This document shows, piece by piece, positions 1 to 9,240 of a DNA stretch of 64,000 nucleotides. A program made the position numbers and the translations under genes. The stretch is from an uncultured Eubacteriales bacterium (GTDB lineage: Bacteria > Acidobacteriota > Aminicenantia > Aminicenantales > Aminicenantaceae): assembly GCA_964348015.1 (NCBI GenBank), contig CAYGBC010000050.1, forward strand, positions 35,643 to 99,642, in the 5' to 3' direction. A model generated the notes under the pieces. The model did no database searches and was not told the DNA's origin. It saw nothing but the letters and a program-made list of their open reading frames with translations. The first letter of the stretch is position 1, and each line of letters starts with the position of its first letter.

Positions 1-15
1 CCTTTTAAATGAAAA

Positions 16-405
16 ATGGGGGAAAAAATGGAAAGAATCACTGAAATTTTTGTCGTACTGGAAAATCGTCCTTCCACTTTGGGTGAGCTGTGCAGCCACC
101 TGGCTGAACACAAGATCAACATCGAAGCCATCGGCGTCTTCCAGGATACAGCCAAGATCTATGTCAAAAAGGTCAATAAAGCAATGAAGGTACTCGATAA
201 ATTGGACTACACGACGGAGCAGAGGGATGTTTTGAAGGTTGACCTTGAAAACAGACCTGGCGCACTGGCTGAAGTGGCCTCGAAGCTGGGAAATAAAGGA
301 ATCAATATCGAATACTGTTACGGAGCGCTTAGCAAGAAAGGCAATACCACCGCAGTGATTTTAGATGTTTCAGACATCGGCAGGGCTCTCGAGATATTAA
401 AATAA
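16..405 (+). CDS. ACT-domain (amino-acid-binding regulatory) protein with two tandem ACT-like halves
   Basis: 129-aa ORF with two ~60-aa halves of similar pattern (IFVVLENRPSTLGEL.. and VDLENRPGALAEV..GINIEY), typical of ACT domains. The ATG at 28 has GGGGGA 5 nt upstream and may be the true start. Confidence 0.65.
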   Translation: MGEKMERITEIFVVLENRPSTLGELCSHLAEHKINIEAIGVFQDTAKIYVKKVNKAMKVLDKLDYTTEQRDVLKVDLENRPGALAEVASKLGNKGINIEYCYGALSKKGNTTAVILDVSDIGRALEILK

Positions 406-413
406 AAAATCTT

Positions 414-564
414 GGGGTCAGGCTTTGATAGCTTTGATAAATCAAATGATAGGAGTCCAGCCCTAACAAGATATCAAGAGGCTGAATCTGAACGCATCCC
501 TCTGGTAAAGATTCTGGCAGGCCCTTAACTCACTCAGTTATCAAAGCTATCAAAGCCTGACCCC
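414..564. repeat. 151-bp element bounded by perfect 27-bp inverted repeats (MITE-like, long-loop hairpin or operator)
   Basis: GGGGTCAGGCTTTGATAGCTTTGATAA at 414-440 is the exact reverse complement of 538-564, with a 97-nt spacer. Each arm holds two tandem 9-mers: GCTTTGATA at 422-430 and 431-439, TATCAAAGC at 539-547 and 548-556. The right arm is followed by GTTTTTT and then the RBS of the next gene. Confidence 0.8.
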
Positions 565-588
565 GTTTTTTATCTGAAGGAGGTCCGC

Positions 589-1707
589 ATGAAGAACAAA
601 GGATCAAAGATTTTTATTCTCTTGCTGCTTTTCTTTTTCATCGGGATTTCTCATTCTGCCGAGATTCCTCTGGGGATACTTTTAGAGGAAGTTTACTCTG
701 TGCCCTCGCCTTCCGGTTATGAACATATGATGGCGAAGAAGATCCAGCACTATCTGCCGCGCAATTTGGCTGCGGAGAAGGATAACCTGGGAAGCCTGTA
801 TGTGGCCGCGGGAAAAGGAAAGGAACAGATGGTCCTTCTCGCGTGTATGGATGAGATGGGGTATATCGTCAGCGGCATAAACGATGAGGGATATCTGCTG
901 CTGGACAGAGTCGTGCCGGCTCCGCACCCGCTTTATGATTCCTTCCACTTGGGACATCCGATGCTGATCTGGACAGAGAAAGGAGCTGTTTCTGGGGTGA
1001 TGGCTCTACCTTCTGTCCATATCCTTTCACGAGAAGGAAGACAACAGCTGCAGAGCTTTTCCCTTGACCGGATATTCCTGGATGTGGGCGTTCAATCAAA
1101 AGAAGAAATCAAAAAGAAAGGGATCAGAATGCTGGATGCTGTGATCCCGTTTCGGGACCTCACCCGTCTCGCAGGGGATAGAATTTCTGGTTTCTCACTC
1201 GGGAACAAAGCCTGTTCGGCGCTGCTCCTGCACCTGGTCCGGAAAATCGATACGAGGAAGCTGGAGAATAGGACAACGTTTATCTGGATGGCTCAAACGA
1301 ATTTCTATTCCCGCGGTTCGAGGCCCAGGGCAGCGATGGGGGCACTTCGAGTGAAGATGAATCTCAATCCAGAAAATGTTCTCCTCATAGGAATCATACC
1401 AGTCGAGAGAGCCGGACAGATTGAAATCGCACTCGGAGCGGGGCCGGTCCTGGCTTATCCAGAGGACGGCCGTTCCGACCTCAGTGAAAAAATTAAGGAG
1501 ATCGCAGAAAAGGAAGAAATTTCTCTTCAGCATTTCCCGGGTTTTGAGTCCAGCCTGATGAGTCCGTTCGCCGCTGGAAACATGAATGTTCTGACTCTAG
1601 GGCTGCCCGTAAAATTTTCTTCAACTCCTGCTGAAGTGGTGGATTTGAAAGATGCCCAGGCTTTGGAAAAACTGATTTCCAACCTTCTTGAAGGAGGAAA
1701 AAGATGA
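589..1707 (+). CDS. M42-family peptidase homolog with signal peptide and degenerate metal-binding motifs (probably inactive)
   Basis: SD GAAGGAGG lies 6 nt upstream. The N-terminus KIFILLLLFFFIGISHSAE looks like a signal peptide. It aligns along its length with the neighbouring M42 gene, but HTDEIG is CMDEMG, DDRAG is GDRISG, QEEIG is AQTNF, and the C-terminal SHS is SST. Confidence 0.7.
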   Translation: MKNKGSKIFILLLLFFFIGISHSAEIPLGILLEEVYSVPSPSGYEHMMAKKIQHYLPRNLAAEKDNLGSLYVAAGKGKEQMVLLACMDEMGYIVSGINDEGYLLLDRVVPAPHPLYDSFHLGHPMLIWTEKGAVSGVMALPSVHILSREGRQQLQSFSLDRIFLDVGVQSKEEIKKKGIRMLDAVIPFRDLTRLAGDRISGFSLGNKACSALLLHLVRKIDTRKLENRTTFIWMAQTNFYSRGSRPRAAMGALRVKMNLNPENVLLIGIIPVERAGQIEIALGAGPVLAYPEDGRSDLSEKIKEIAEKEEISLQHFPGFESSLMSPFAAGNMNVLTLGLPVKFSSTPAEVVDLKDAQALEKLISNLLEGGKR

Positions 1708-2804
1708 GGGCAAAATATTGGATTTCTCTTATGGCACTGTGTCTCTGTTTCTCTGTTGTTTGGAGCAAACCGAATGGCCCCATGTCTTCATGGGAATTGC
1801 TGAAAGAGCTGGTTTTGATTCCCGGTGTGTCCGGGTATGAAGGAGAAGTGGCTGATTTTATCCAAACCCGTTTCCCGCGGGATATCCAGCCTCAAAGAGA
1901 TGACATCGAGAATATCTGGTTCACTGTCGGGGAAGGACGTCCTCATCTTCTTTTTGTAGCGCACACGGACGAGATTGGCTTGGTGGTGGAAGAGATAACA
2001 CCTGAAGGGACACTGAAAGTCAGAGGAAGAGGAGGATTTTTATCTCGAATGTACGAGGGCCGCCCTGTAGTGGTGTATACAGGAAAAGGAGCTGTCAACG
2101 GAGTCGTGGCTCTCCGGCCGGACTATTTCAAACGGGAAGCTGCGTCCTCATCTTTCAGGACGAGTGACATCGAAGTCTATCTAGGAGTCTCCTCGGAGAA
2201 AGAAGCGCGCAGCCTGGGGATTGAAAAAGGAGACTCGATCACCATAAAAAAGAGAATAAGCGAGCTTTCTCCAGACTTGATCGCGACACGGGCAGTGGAT
2301 GACCGGGCCGGGTGCGCAGCCCTTCTGGCCGCCGCCTTTGACATTGACTGGAAAAAGATTAAAGGGAAAACCATCACTTTTGCTTGGGATGTGCAGGAAG
2401 AGATCGGCCTGATCGGCGCCTCGCGTCTTGCCCAGACGCTCAAACCGGACTATGTTTTCCCCGTGGATACTTTTGTCTCTTCCGATGCGCCTCTGGATTC
2501 AAAGAGATTTGCCCGGATCGTTCTGGGGAAGGGAGCGGTTCTCCGTGCTATCGACAGCAGCAATATCGCTCCGAGGATCGAATTAGAAAAAGTCATGAAG
2601 ATTGCACAACGCAACGGTATTCCGTTTCAACTGGGCAACACCCGTGGTGGGAATGACGGCTCTGTCTTCATTCCAGGAGGAGCGACCGATATTCCTCTTT
2701 CGTGGCCTGGGGTGTATTCTCATTCTTTTATCGAAAAGATTCACCGCCACGACCTCGAAGCTTTGACACGGCTGATCGTGGCCATAGTCAAGGATTGGGA
2801 ATAG
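1704..2804 (+). CDS. M42-family metallo-aminopeptidase (TET/FrvX-like) with signal peptide
   Basis: Motifs seen: IPGVSGYE, FVAHTDEIGLVV, VDDRAGCAALL, DVQEEIGLIGA, PVDTF, YSHS. The N-terminus WISLMALCLCFSVVWS is hydrophobic. The start overlaps the previous stop as ATGA (1704-1707), with GAAGGAGG upstream. Confidence 0.85.
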   Translation: MRAKYWISLMALCLCFSVVWSKPNGPMSSWELLKELVLIPGVSGYEGEVADFIQTRFPRDIQPQRDDIENIWFTVGEGRPHLLFVAHTDEIGLVVEEITPEGTLKVRGRGGFLSRMYEGRPVVVYTGKGAVNGVVALRPDYFKREAASSSFRTSDIEVYLGVSSEKEARSLGIEKGDSITIKKRISELSPDLIATRAVDDRAGCAALLAAAFDIDWKKIKGKTITFAWDVQEEIGLIGASRLAQTLKPDYVFPVDTFVSSDAPLDSKRFARIVLGKGAVLRAIDSSNIAPRIELEKVMKIAQRNGIPFQLGNTRGGNDGSVFIPGGATDIPLSWPGVYSHSFIEKIHRHDLEALTRLIVAIVKDWE

Positions 2805-2874
2805 AATCCTGATCCCAATACTTCTTTTGATAAGGTCGAGCTTGACCTTTTCCGTTCGAAAATATACATTCCAT

Positions 2875-2913
2875 GTGTCATTGCGAGCGAAGCGTGGCAA
2901 TCTCGTAAGATGA
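2875..2913 (+). repeat. REP-like bipartite repeat unit (GTGTCATTGCGAG-N8-GGCAATCTC + GTAAGATGA tail)
   Basis: GTGTCATTGCGAGCGAAGCGTGGCAATCTCGTAAGATGA shares both boxes and the tail with the copy at 44044. The reverse-complement boxes recur at 44144 and in four copies at 63034-63214. It produces the spurious peptide ..RFARND.. in the antisense ORF 2583-3047. Confidence 0.65.
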
Positions 2914-2982
2914 TTCAGGTGTTCCTTTGAGTTTTGGCTTCGCCCTGATTCTATTTTAATCATTTCCTTTGAGGAGTGAGCC

Positions 2983-4488
2983 ATGAATGAAAACATAAAG
3001 AAAAAGAATATTCTTTTCACTTTCCCGCGGACCTTCTGGGTGGCCAATATGATGGAGCTGTTCGAAAGAGGAGCCTACTACGGATTGAACGCTGTTCTGG
3101 CTGTCTACCTGGCCGACCATCTTCATTTTGAGAAGCAATCGATCGGGCTCCTGCAGGGATTTGTGTATGCTCTCACTTACATCCTGCCCATATTCGGAGG
3201 AGCACTGGCTGACCGACTCGGCTACAGGAGGATGCTGCTTGTCGCTTTTTCTCTATTGACGGTTGGCTATTTTGCAGCCGGTCATACCGACATTTACGGA
3301 TTGATCTTTCTTTTTCTGCTGATCATGGCCACAGGAAGCGGCCTCTTCAAACCGATTATTACTGGAACTGTAGCCCGCACCACGACCAAAGAAAATAGCG
3401 GATTCGGATTCGGAGTGTACTATTGGAGCATCAATCTTGGCGCATTCCTCGCGCCTCTCTGGGTAAGTTACATCAAAGGGTTCAGCTGGCGTTACGTTTT
3501 CCTGTCTTCTGCGGCCTGGTGTTTTTTAATGCTCCTTCCGACGATATTCGTCTACAGAGACCCTGAGAGACCAAAGAGCACAAAGCCCATACGCCAGGTG
3601 CTGAAAGAAGCTCTACTTGTCCTGAGCAATTCTCGATTCATGCTGCTGATCGTCGTGTACTCCTGTTTCTGGATTCTGTATTTTCAGATGTTCGGTTCTA
3701 TTCTCTGGTATTTGCGGGATTTTATCGACAGAACGCCAGTGAACGATTTCATGCAGAAGATCTTTTTTTTGAGACCTTTCACGTTTGATGCGGAGTTTGT
3801 CACGATCATTAATGCCGGCACTATCGTGCTTCTTGTGATACTCGTCAGTCGGATCACAACAAATTTAAAGGTCATCCCTGTCATGGCCGCAGGGATCATC
3901 ATCGGGTCAGGAGGATTTTTGGTGCTGGCCTTTACCCGGAGCGCCTGGATGTTTATCCTGGGTATTGCGGTCTTTTCCGTCGGCGAGATGACCGCCCATC
4001 CCAAATACTACAGTTACGTCGGGATCGTCGCTCCCCAAGACAAAAAGGCCGTCTACATGGGCTACGCGTTTTTGTATGGTGTTTTTGGAAGTTTGTTTGG
4101 CAGCAATCTTGGCGCTGTCCTCTACGAGAAGCTGCTCAATCCTATTGTGCCAAATGCTGAGGATCTCTCCTCTGGTGTTTCTCTCTCTCCTGAAGTTATT
4201 GGCCAATTGAGATTTTTTTGGCTAATTTTCGCTGTCCTCGGAGTGGTCTGTCTTTTAGGTATGCTGCTCTATAATAAATTTTTTGTCGAGGATACGCCTG
4301 TAACTAACCACCGTGCCTGGAAGATCATGTTCGGAATATACATTGTGTTTGCTCTGGCCGGCATCTATTTCATAATTTCTTCCCTTTTTCTTGCTGAACA
4401 GATTCAGTGGAAGACTCTGGTTCAGGGGCTTATTCTGCTCGCTCTTGGAAGTGGGGGAGTGCGGATAAGCTTGAGGAGGAAAGAATGA
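2983..4488 (+). CDS. Proton-dependent oligopeptide transporter (POT/PTR2 family, MFS)
   Basis: 501 aa with many TM segments. The N-terminal region [19 protein letters not shown] ... [12 protein letters not shown] matches the POT signature region. SD GAGGAG lies upstream. Confidence 0.8.
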   Translation: MNENIKKKNILFTFPRTFWVANMMELFERGAYYGLNAVLAVYLADHLHFEKQSIGLLQGFVYALTYILPIFGGALADRLGYRRMLLVAFSLLTVGYFAAGHTDIYGLIFLFLLIMATGSGLFKPIITGTVARTTTKENSGFGFGVYYWSINLGAFLAPLWVSYIKGFSWRYVFLSSAAWCFLMLLPTIFVYRDPERPKSTKPIRQVLKEALLVLSNSRFMLLIVVYSCFWILYFQMFGSILWYLRDFIDRTPVNDFMQKIFFLRPFTFDAEFVTIINAGTIVLLVILVSRITTNLKVIPVMAAGIIIGSGGFLVLAFTRSAWMFILGIAVFSVGEMTAHPKYYSYVGIVAPQDKKAVYMGYAFLYGVFGSLFGSNLGAVLYEKLLNPIVPNAEDLSSGVSLSPEVIGQLRFFWLIFAVLGVVCLLGMLLYNKFFVEDTPVTNHRAWKIMFGIYIVFALAGIYFIISSLFLAEQIQWKTLVQGLILLALGSGGVRISLRRKE

Positions 4489-4904
4489 AATCTCTGACTG
4501 AATATCTTGTATTAAACACTGCAAAGAGGCGAGAATTCATCAACATCACCGGTGATGTGGAGGATTTCGTCGAGAAAAGCGGTGTCAAAGAAGGATTGTG
4601 CCTGGTCAATGCCATGCATATCACAGCCAGCGTCTTCATTAATGATGACGAAGGCGGGCTGCATCGCGATTTTGAAGAGTGGCTGGAGGCACTCGCACCT
4701 CATGAGCCGATTTCCCGGTACAGGCATAACCGGACAGGCGAAGATAATGGGGATGCCCATCTCAAAAGGACGATAATGGGAAGAGAGGTCGTGGTCGCTG
4801 TTACAGGAGGAAAGCTGGATTTTGGTCCCTGGGAGCAAATCTTTTATGGAGAATTTGACGGCCGGAGGAGAAAAAGGATCCTGGTCAAGATCATAGGAGA
4901 TTAA
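4485..4904 (+). CDS. YjbQ/UPF0047 family protein (secondary thiamine-phosphate synthase-like)
   Basis: [25 protein letters not shown] ... [15 protein letters not shown] ... NGDAHLK ... [14 protein letters not shown] is characteristic of YjbQ. I chose the internal ATG at 4485, which overlaps the transporter stop as ATGA; the upstream part of ORF 4407.. lies inside the POT gene. Confidence 0.85.
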   Translation: MKSLTEYLVLNTAKRREFINITGDVEDFVEKSGVKEGLCLVNAMHITASVFINDDEGGLHRDFEEWLEALAPHEPISRYRHNRTGEDNGDAHLKRTIMGREVVVAVTGGKLDFGPWEQIFYGEFDGRRRKRILVKIIGD

Positions 4905-4931
4905 AAAGCAGGCTGGATGCTCTTTCTGGGA

Positions 4932-5108
4932 TTATAATTTATATCCCTGTTTCATCATTTCCTGGTCGACTTCATACCGCAATGCCTGAAGTTTTTCGGA
5001 AAGCCATCCCAATTCATCGAAGCGCTCGATTTCTCCTTGAGCCGCTTTTAAATGACTCAAAACTGAATATAGGGCAAATGATATTTCAGGCCTATAATTT
5101 TTACTCAT
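4932..5108 (-). CDS. Small hypothetical protein (58 aa), below the ORF-track length cutoff
   Basis: My own translation: MSKNYRPEISFALYSVLSHLKAAQGEIERFDELGWLSEKLQALRYEVDQEMMKQGYKL. The ATG at 5108 is preceded by GGAGGGGG (5114-5121). No family was recognised. Confidence 0.35.
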   Translation of the reverse strand: MSKNYRPEISFALYSVLSHLKAAQGEIERFDELGWLSEKLQALRYEVDQEMMKQGYKL

Positions 5109-5278
5109 TCGAACCCCCTCCGTATTCGGCGCATTGTCCGTTGATCAGTATATCAAATTTGATTTAAGAAGGAAAAGGAGTTTTAAAAGGGAATACGTTC
5201 CTTTTTTGGGAAGGGAGACAGTCCCTATCTTCCTTAATATGAGGAAGTTAAGGGAAAGTCCGCATAAAAAGTCTTTTT

Positions 5279-5761
5279 TTATACAAAAAGCGTCACATCA
5301 GCTTGCTGGGCCTGCTCGATGAAGGATGCGACTCCCACACACTGGTTGACTTCATCGATCATGGTGTCTTTGGGAATCTCCATGACCTGCATGCTCATCT
5401 GGCATCCGATGAATTTGACTCCGAGATCTATGGCGGCCTGCCTGAGTTCGGCTAATGTGGGAACGTTTTTGGCTTTCATCATTTTCTTGAACATCCAGCG
5501 GCCGATTCCTCCGAAGCTCATTTTGCTCGGACTCGAACGGCTGATATCACCTCCGTAAAAAAGACCGAGCAGGCGTCCCAGGAAGCTTTTCCCGCTTCTC
5601 TTTTTTTTCTTGAGTGCGCGAAGACCCCAGAACGTGAAGAACATGGTCACATCCATGTTCGAGGCTGCTGCTCCGGTAGCTATGGAAAATGCTGCGAATA
5701 ATTTATCCATGTCGCCGCTGAAAACGACCATGGCCAACTTTTTCTTTTTTTCGTCTGGCAT
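5279..5761 (-). CDS. DsrE/DsrF/DrsH-like (DrsE_2 type) sulfur-relay-like protein
   Basis: KLAMVVFSGDMDKLFAAFSIATGAAASNMDVTMFFTFWGL ... GCQMSMQVMEI ... VGVASFIE resembles the DsrE-like family commonly paired with ArsR regulators. It lies 21 nt downstream of the arsR-family gene. Confidence 0.7.
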   Translation of the reverse strand: MPDEKKKKLAMVVFSGDMDKLFAAFSIATGAAASNMDVTMFFTFWGLRALKKKKRSGKSFLGRLLGLFYGGDISRSSPSKMSFGGIGRWMFKKMMKAKNVPTLAELRQAAIDLGVKFIGCQMSMQVMEIPKDTMIDEVNQCVGVASFIEQAQQADVTLFV

Positions 5762-5782
5762 CGTGAGAAATATCTCCTTGGA

Positions 5783-6118
5783 TTAAGGCTTGCGCTCGAT
5801 GGCGGCCTTAATCGTTTTGGACTGCGAAGAGAGGGCCTCCTGAAGGACTTCGCTGATCAGGTCGAAGGCTTGGATTATTTTAGGATTGGAAATTGAGTAA
5901 TAGACATTGATCCCCGCGCGGCGGTCTGTCACAATTCCTTTTGTCCTCAATATGGCTAAGTGTTGGGATAGATTGGCCTGAGATATTCCCGTTTTGTGCA
6001 CAAGTTCGTTAACGGACATCTCTTTCTGACGGAGGTTGTCCAGGATTTCCTGCCTTTTGGGATTGGAAAGAGTTTTACAGATGTCGGAATGAATGTTGTA
6101 GAAGTCTTTTTTTTTCAT
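5783..6118 (-). CDS. ArsR/SmtB-family transcriptional regulator
   Basis: The winged-HTH region ILDNLRQKEMSVNELVHKTGISQANLSQHLAILRTKGIV..R.G..VYYS is typical of ArsR family. Confidence 0.85.
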   Translation of the reverse strand: MKKKDFYNIHSDICKTLSNPKRQEILDNLRQKEMSVNELVHKTGISQANLSQHLAILRTKGIVTDRRAGINVYYSISNPKIIQAFDLISEVLQEALSSQSKTIKAAIERKP

Positions 6119-6152
6119 TTGTGTTGTCCTTTATTGACCCTCTTTCATTACA

Positions 6153-6164
6153 ATATTCGAATAT
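6153..6164. promoter_or_regulatory. Candidate ArsR-family operator (perfect 12-bp palindrome ATATTCGAATAT)
   Basis: A perfect palindrome lies 35 nt upstream of the arsR-family start codon (6118) in an AT-rich promoter region. ArsR/SmtB repressors usually bind AT-rich inverted repeats overlapping their own promoters. Confidence 0.35.
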
Positions 6165-6377
6165 ACAAATTTTAACTCATAAATTGACTCTTTTCAAGGA
6201 AGGGGGAGGATATATCGAAGGAAAAGCACCGTATTGCGAGGATGAAAGGATATGCAGGAGAAGTTTCTTTTTGTATGAAGAGAAACGGCTCCTCTCTTTC
6301 GCGAACAGAACGATGTATAAAAGGGGGCAGGCATTTTTTTTAATAAAGTAGCCTGTCCTCTTTAATTTAACTTTTAT

Positions 6378-9017
6378 TTAATTTCCTGGATAGAGCAGTG
6401 AATTCAACAGAAACTTGTATGTGCCGTGGGATTGGGCGCGGAACTGACAGCGGATCCCGATGAAAATGATGTGACCTTTTTTATATTTCGTATCCACCAC
6501 GGCGGCCCTTCGAGCGATGACCTCTTCTCCCAGAAGCCATCCGCTCAACAAAATGTCTTCGTCGGGAAAACTGGCGACCACTTTTCGGTCCCACTCTGCG
6601 CGTGGAACCCTGGTGTTGAAAACCATGCTGCGGGAGAACATGGCGGCCGCTTCACCGGGCATCCCGTAGCCGATGGGCGATGTACTGTCAACTTTAATTT
6701 TCAAAAGAGAGGTCGGACAGAAGAATCTGCTGCGCTCCACGCGTTCCAACGCGTTACTCACCGGGGGCTTGAACTCTTTAAAAACCAAGTCGCATGCATC
6801 ATTCAACGTGACGAGAATTCCACCCTTTTCCACGAAACTCTTCAGAGCTTCAACCCCTTCCTTCTCGATTCCTCCTTCATATTCGGGAGGGCCTTCTGAG
6901 TAATAGCGGGCATAGCGCGAGGTCGGGCTTGGCTTTCCTGATTTGATGATGTCAGCACTTTCACTCGCAAAAACGATCACGTCATATTTCGCTTTCAGGT
7001 CGACTTTTTTCGATTTTTCTGTTTTCTTCCCCTTCTTATCTTTAACCGGGGGTTTGAAGTCTTTGTTATGAAGAGTTGTGAACGGGATTCCCAGGTCATC
7101 CAAAACGTACCGTGTCCATCCCTCGTCCATGTTGGACCTCCAGGACTGGTAGAGGCCGATCCTGGGATTCTTCAGGGGTGATACGGGAACATTGGAAATG
7201 CTGAGGAGTCCGAAAGCTTTGGAATTCCATTTTTTCAGCAGGTCCGGGAGAAGCTTCTGGACGGCGGCCGTGTTCTTGGTGATGAAGCTTCCGGGAGCGG
7301 CTGTAAAATTTTCTCTTTTGATTTTGTCCTTTGAGCGGGACAACTCGATCTTGTTCTGGAGAAGAGCAAAGGCGATTGAATAAGAAGCGTTCATCCGGCT
7401 GTCCAGGACGATGTAAGCCGGAGCAGATTCTTTCTGAACTGGTGAAACGGAAACAGCGGGGACTTTTTCCAGTTTTTCTGTTTTGACCTCAAACGGCTTT
7501 TCGATCCGGTCGCATTCCACACCCATCTGCAGTGGAAGAGTCCAGCCCGCATTGTCATACGGAGGGACGGGAGGACCTCCGGGGTACTGTCGGAGATCCG
7601 GGTACTTTTGTCTTTCGAGCAGGGCCTGCGCATAGGGCTTGTAAGGCTGTGACATCCTGACCACAAAAGAACCAGCCGGATAGACTTTTCCTCCGGCGAT
7701 AAACTCTTCTTTAGCCTGCTGGATTTCCACGCCTCCGAGCCTCAGGATTTTGAGCATTCTCAGCGTTGTGGGATAGTCGCGCTGCTTGCTCGGGATGACA
7801 AACGCAAACGGCTCCCCTTTTTCTCTGTTTTCGATGGAATTCTTGTACATCCTGTAGAAGTTATACAGGAAATCTTCTTTATGAAGATACGCAGTCTTGA
7901 TCAAGCTCATCGTGAGCACAATCTCGTAGTCCACAAGGTCTCTGAGCCTCCACCAGCCCCCCGGCCAGGGGTCCGGGAATTCTATGCGTTTCTCATAGTA
8001 GGATTGGGGGACTTCTGTCGGCTCGATGTATATCGGAGAAGCGACGCGGACGGAGGCCATTTCACTGAGCAAGCCGACAACGTTGTGCAGCCAGGAGGTG
8101 TCGTCACAGGCCCCGATCCACCACGCGGTGAAGCTTCTTCCATGAACGACGCCTTTATAGCCATTCTTCTGGAGGTCATAGGCCATGTTCGCTCCGCAGA
8201 GGTTCACGCCGCGCCAAAGAAGGGGCTGAACGTTGGGTATCGGAGGATTCATGAACGGCGGGATGAAGAGCCGGGCGCCCGTCGAACCCATCTGGTGTTG
8301 ATCGATATGGACTTGAGGAAGCCAGTCATGGTACAAAATTTTGGTCACGGCTCTCGTCTCGGCCAGGTTGAACATGAACCAGTCACGGTTATTGTCATGC
8401 CCTGCGTAGTGATGGTAGAGCCATGGCATCCGGCCGCCCTCGTACTTGGTGCCCACGTATTTCCGGTACCAGTCTGTCACCATTTGCTGCCCATCAGGAT
8501 TCGAGGTTGGCACAAGAAGGACGATCACGTCATTCAGGACTTTCTCCGCATCGAATGGGGTCTTATCCGTTGCCAAATTGTAAGCCAACTCCATGGCCAT
8601 CTGAGAAGCCGCGATTTCAGTCGCATGCTGGTTGCATGTGACGAGCAGGATGACTTTTCCCTCCTTGGCGAGTTTTTTGGCTTCTTCAGGAGCCGTGATC
8701 CGAGGGTCTCTGAGCTTTTTCACGATTTCCCTGTAGGTGTCCAGTTTACCCATATTCTCTTTTGCAGTGATGACGGCCATGATCATCGGTTTTTTCAGTG
8801 TGGTCGTGCCGATTTCTATGACCTTGACTCTATCCGATTCCTGGTCCAGCTTTTTGAAATACGCTTGTATCTGGTTGTAGTCCGCCAGCTTGCGGTCCGC
8901 TCCGACTTTATGCCCGAGAAATTCTTCCGGGGGTGTCTGCGAAAGAAGAAAATTGGGGAGAAGGAATAAAGTCAACACGAGCACCCCTATGTTCAATCCT
9001 CTTTTGTATCGCCTCAT
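6378..9017 (-). CDS. Secreted M14-family zinc carboxypeptidase, large multidomain form
   Basis: Motifs seen: HXXE zinc motif (QHATEIA), SNPDGQ, HIDQHQMG. I chose the start at 9017 (MRRYKRGLNIGVLVLTLFLL, signal-like) because AAGGAGG lies directly upstream; the ORF-track start at 9074 has no RBS. Confidence 0.8.
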   Translation of the reverse strand: MRRYKRGLNIGVLVLTLFLLPNFLLSQTPPEEFLGHKVGADRKLADYNQIQAYFKKLDQESDRVKVIEIGTTTLKKPMIMAVITAKENMGKLDTYREIVKKLRDPRITAPEEAKKLAKEGKVILLVTCNQHATEIAASQMAMELAYNLATDKTPFDAEKVLNDVIVLLVPTSNPDGQQMVTDWYRKYVGTKYEGGRMPWLYHHYAGHDNNRDWFMFNLAETRAVTKILYHDWLPQVHIDQHQMGSTGARLFIPPFMNPPIPNVQPLLWRGVNLCGANMAYDLQKNGYKGVVHGRSFTAWWIGACDDTSWLHNVVGLLSEMASVRVASPIYIEPTEVPQSYYEKRIEFPDPWPGGWWRLRDLVDYEIVLTMSLIKTAYLHKEDFLYNFYRMYKNSIENREKGEPFAFVIPSKQRDYPTTLRMLKILRLGGVEIQQAKEEFIAGGKVYPAGSFVVRMSQPYKPYAQALLERQKYPDLRQYPGGPPVPPYDNAGWTLPLQMGVECDRIEKPFEVKTEKLEKVPAVSVSPVQKESAPAYIVLDSRMNASYSIAFALLQNKIELSRSKDKIKRENFTAAPGSFITKNTAAVQKLLPDLLKKWNSKAFGLLSISNVPVSPLKNPRIGLYQSWRSNMDEGWTRYVLDDLGIPFTTLHNKDFKPPVKDKKGKKTEKSKKVDLKAKYDVIVFASESADIIKSGKPSPTSRYARYYSEGPPEYEGGIEKEGVEALKSFVEKGGILVTLNDACDLVFKEFKPPVSNALERVERSRFFCPTSLLKIKVDSTSPIGYGMPGEAAAMFSRSMVFNTRVPRAEWDRKVVASFPDEDILLSGWLLGEEVIARRAAVVDTKYKKGHIIFIGIRCQFRAQSHGTYKFLLNSLLYPGN

Positions 9018-9122
9018 GTGAGCCTCCTTAATTTTGATTAGATTTCTTCTATCACCTGGTTTTTTTTCTGTCAAGGGAAAAGTCCAGCTTGCGAAGAGAC
9101 TTGGGAATTAACGGCTATTCCA

Positions 9123-9151
9123 TTGACAAAGAGAGGCGATAGAGATACGAT
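9123..9151 (+). promoter_or_regulatory. Sigma70-like promoter (TTGACA-17-TACGAT), possibly for the SRP RNA precursor
   Basis: TTGACA at 9123-9128, a 17-nt spacer, then TACGAT at 9146-9151. It sits about 85 nt upstream of the SRP RNA 5' helix. Only the sequence match supports it. Confidence 0.3.
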
Positions 9152-9240
9152 TTTTCTTGTACACCTCGAGTTGATCAGCCTCGTTGTTTTCAACATTAAA
9201 CGGAGCGTTCAGAAGAAAGAAGTTTTTCAAGGAACTCAAA

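Noticed and set aside
2583-3047. 154-aa ORF on the - strand containing ..LPRFARNDTW..
   Set aside because: It overlaps the 3' end of the M42 gene and the 5' end of the POT gene, and its middle is simply the translated REP-like repeat at 2875-2913. It is a known type of repeat-derived false ORF.
7881-8969. 362-aa ORF on the + strand
   Set aside because: It lies entirely antisense within the well-supported M14 carboxypeptidase gene. It has an R/H/V/G-rich composition, no RBS and no recognisable motifs, so it is a typical shadow ORF.
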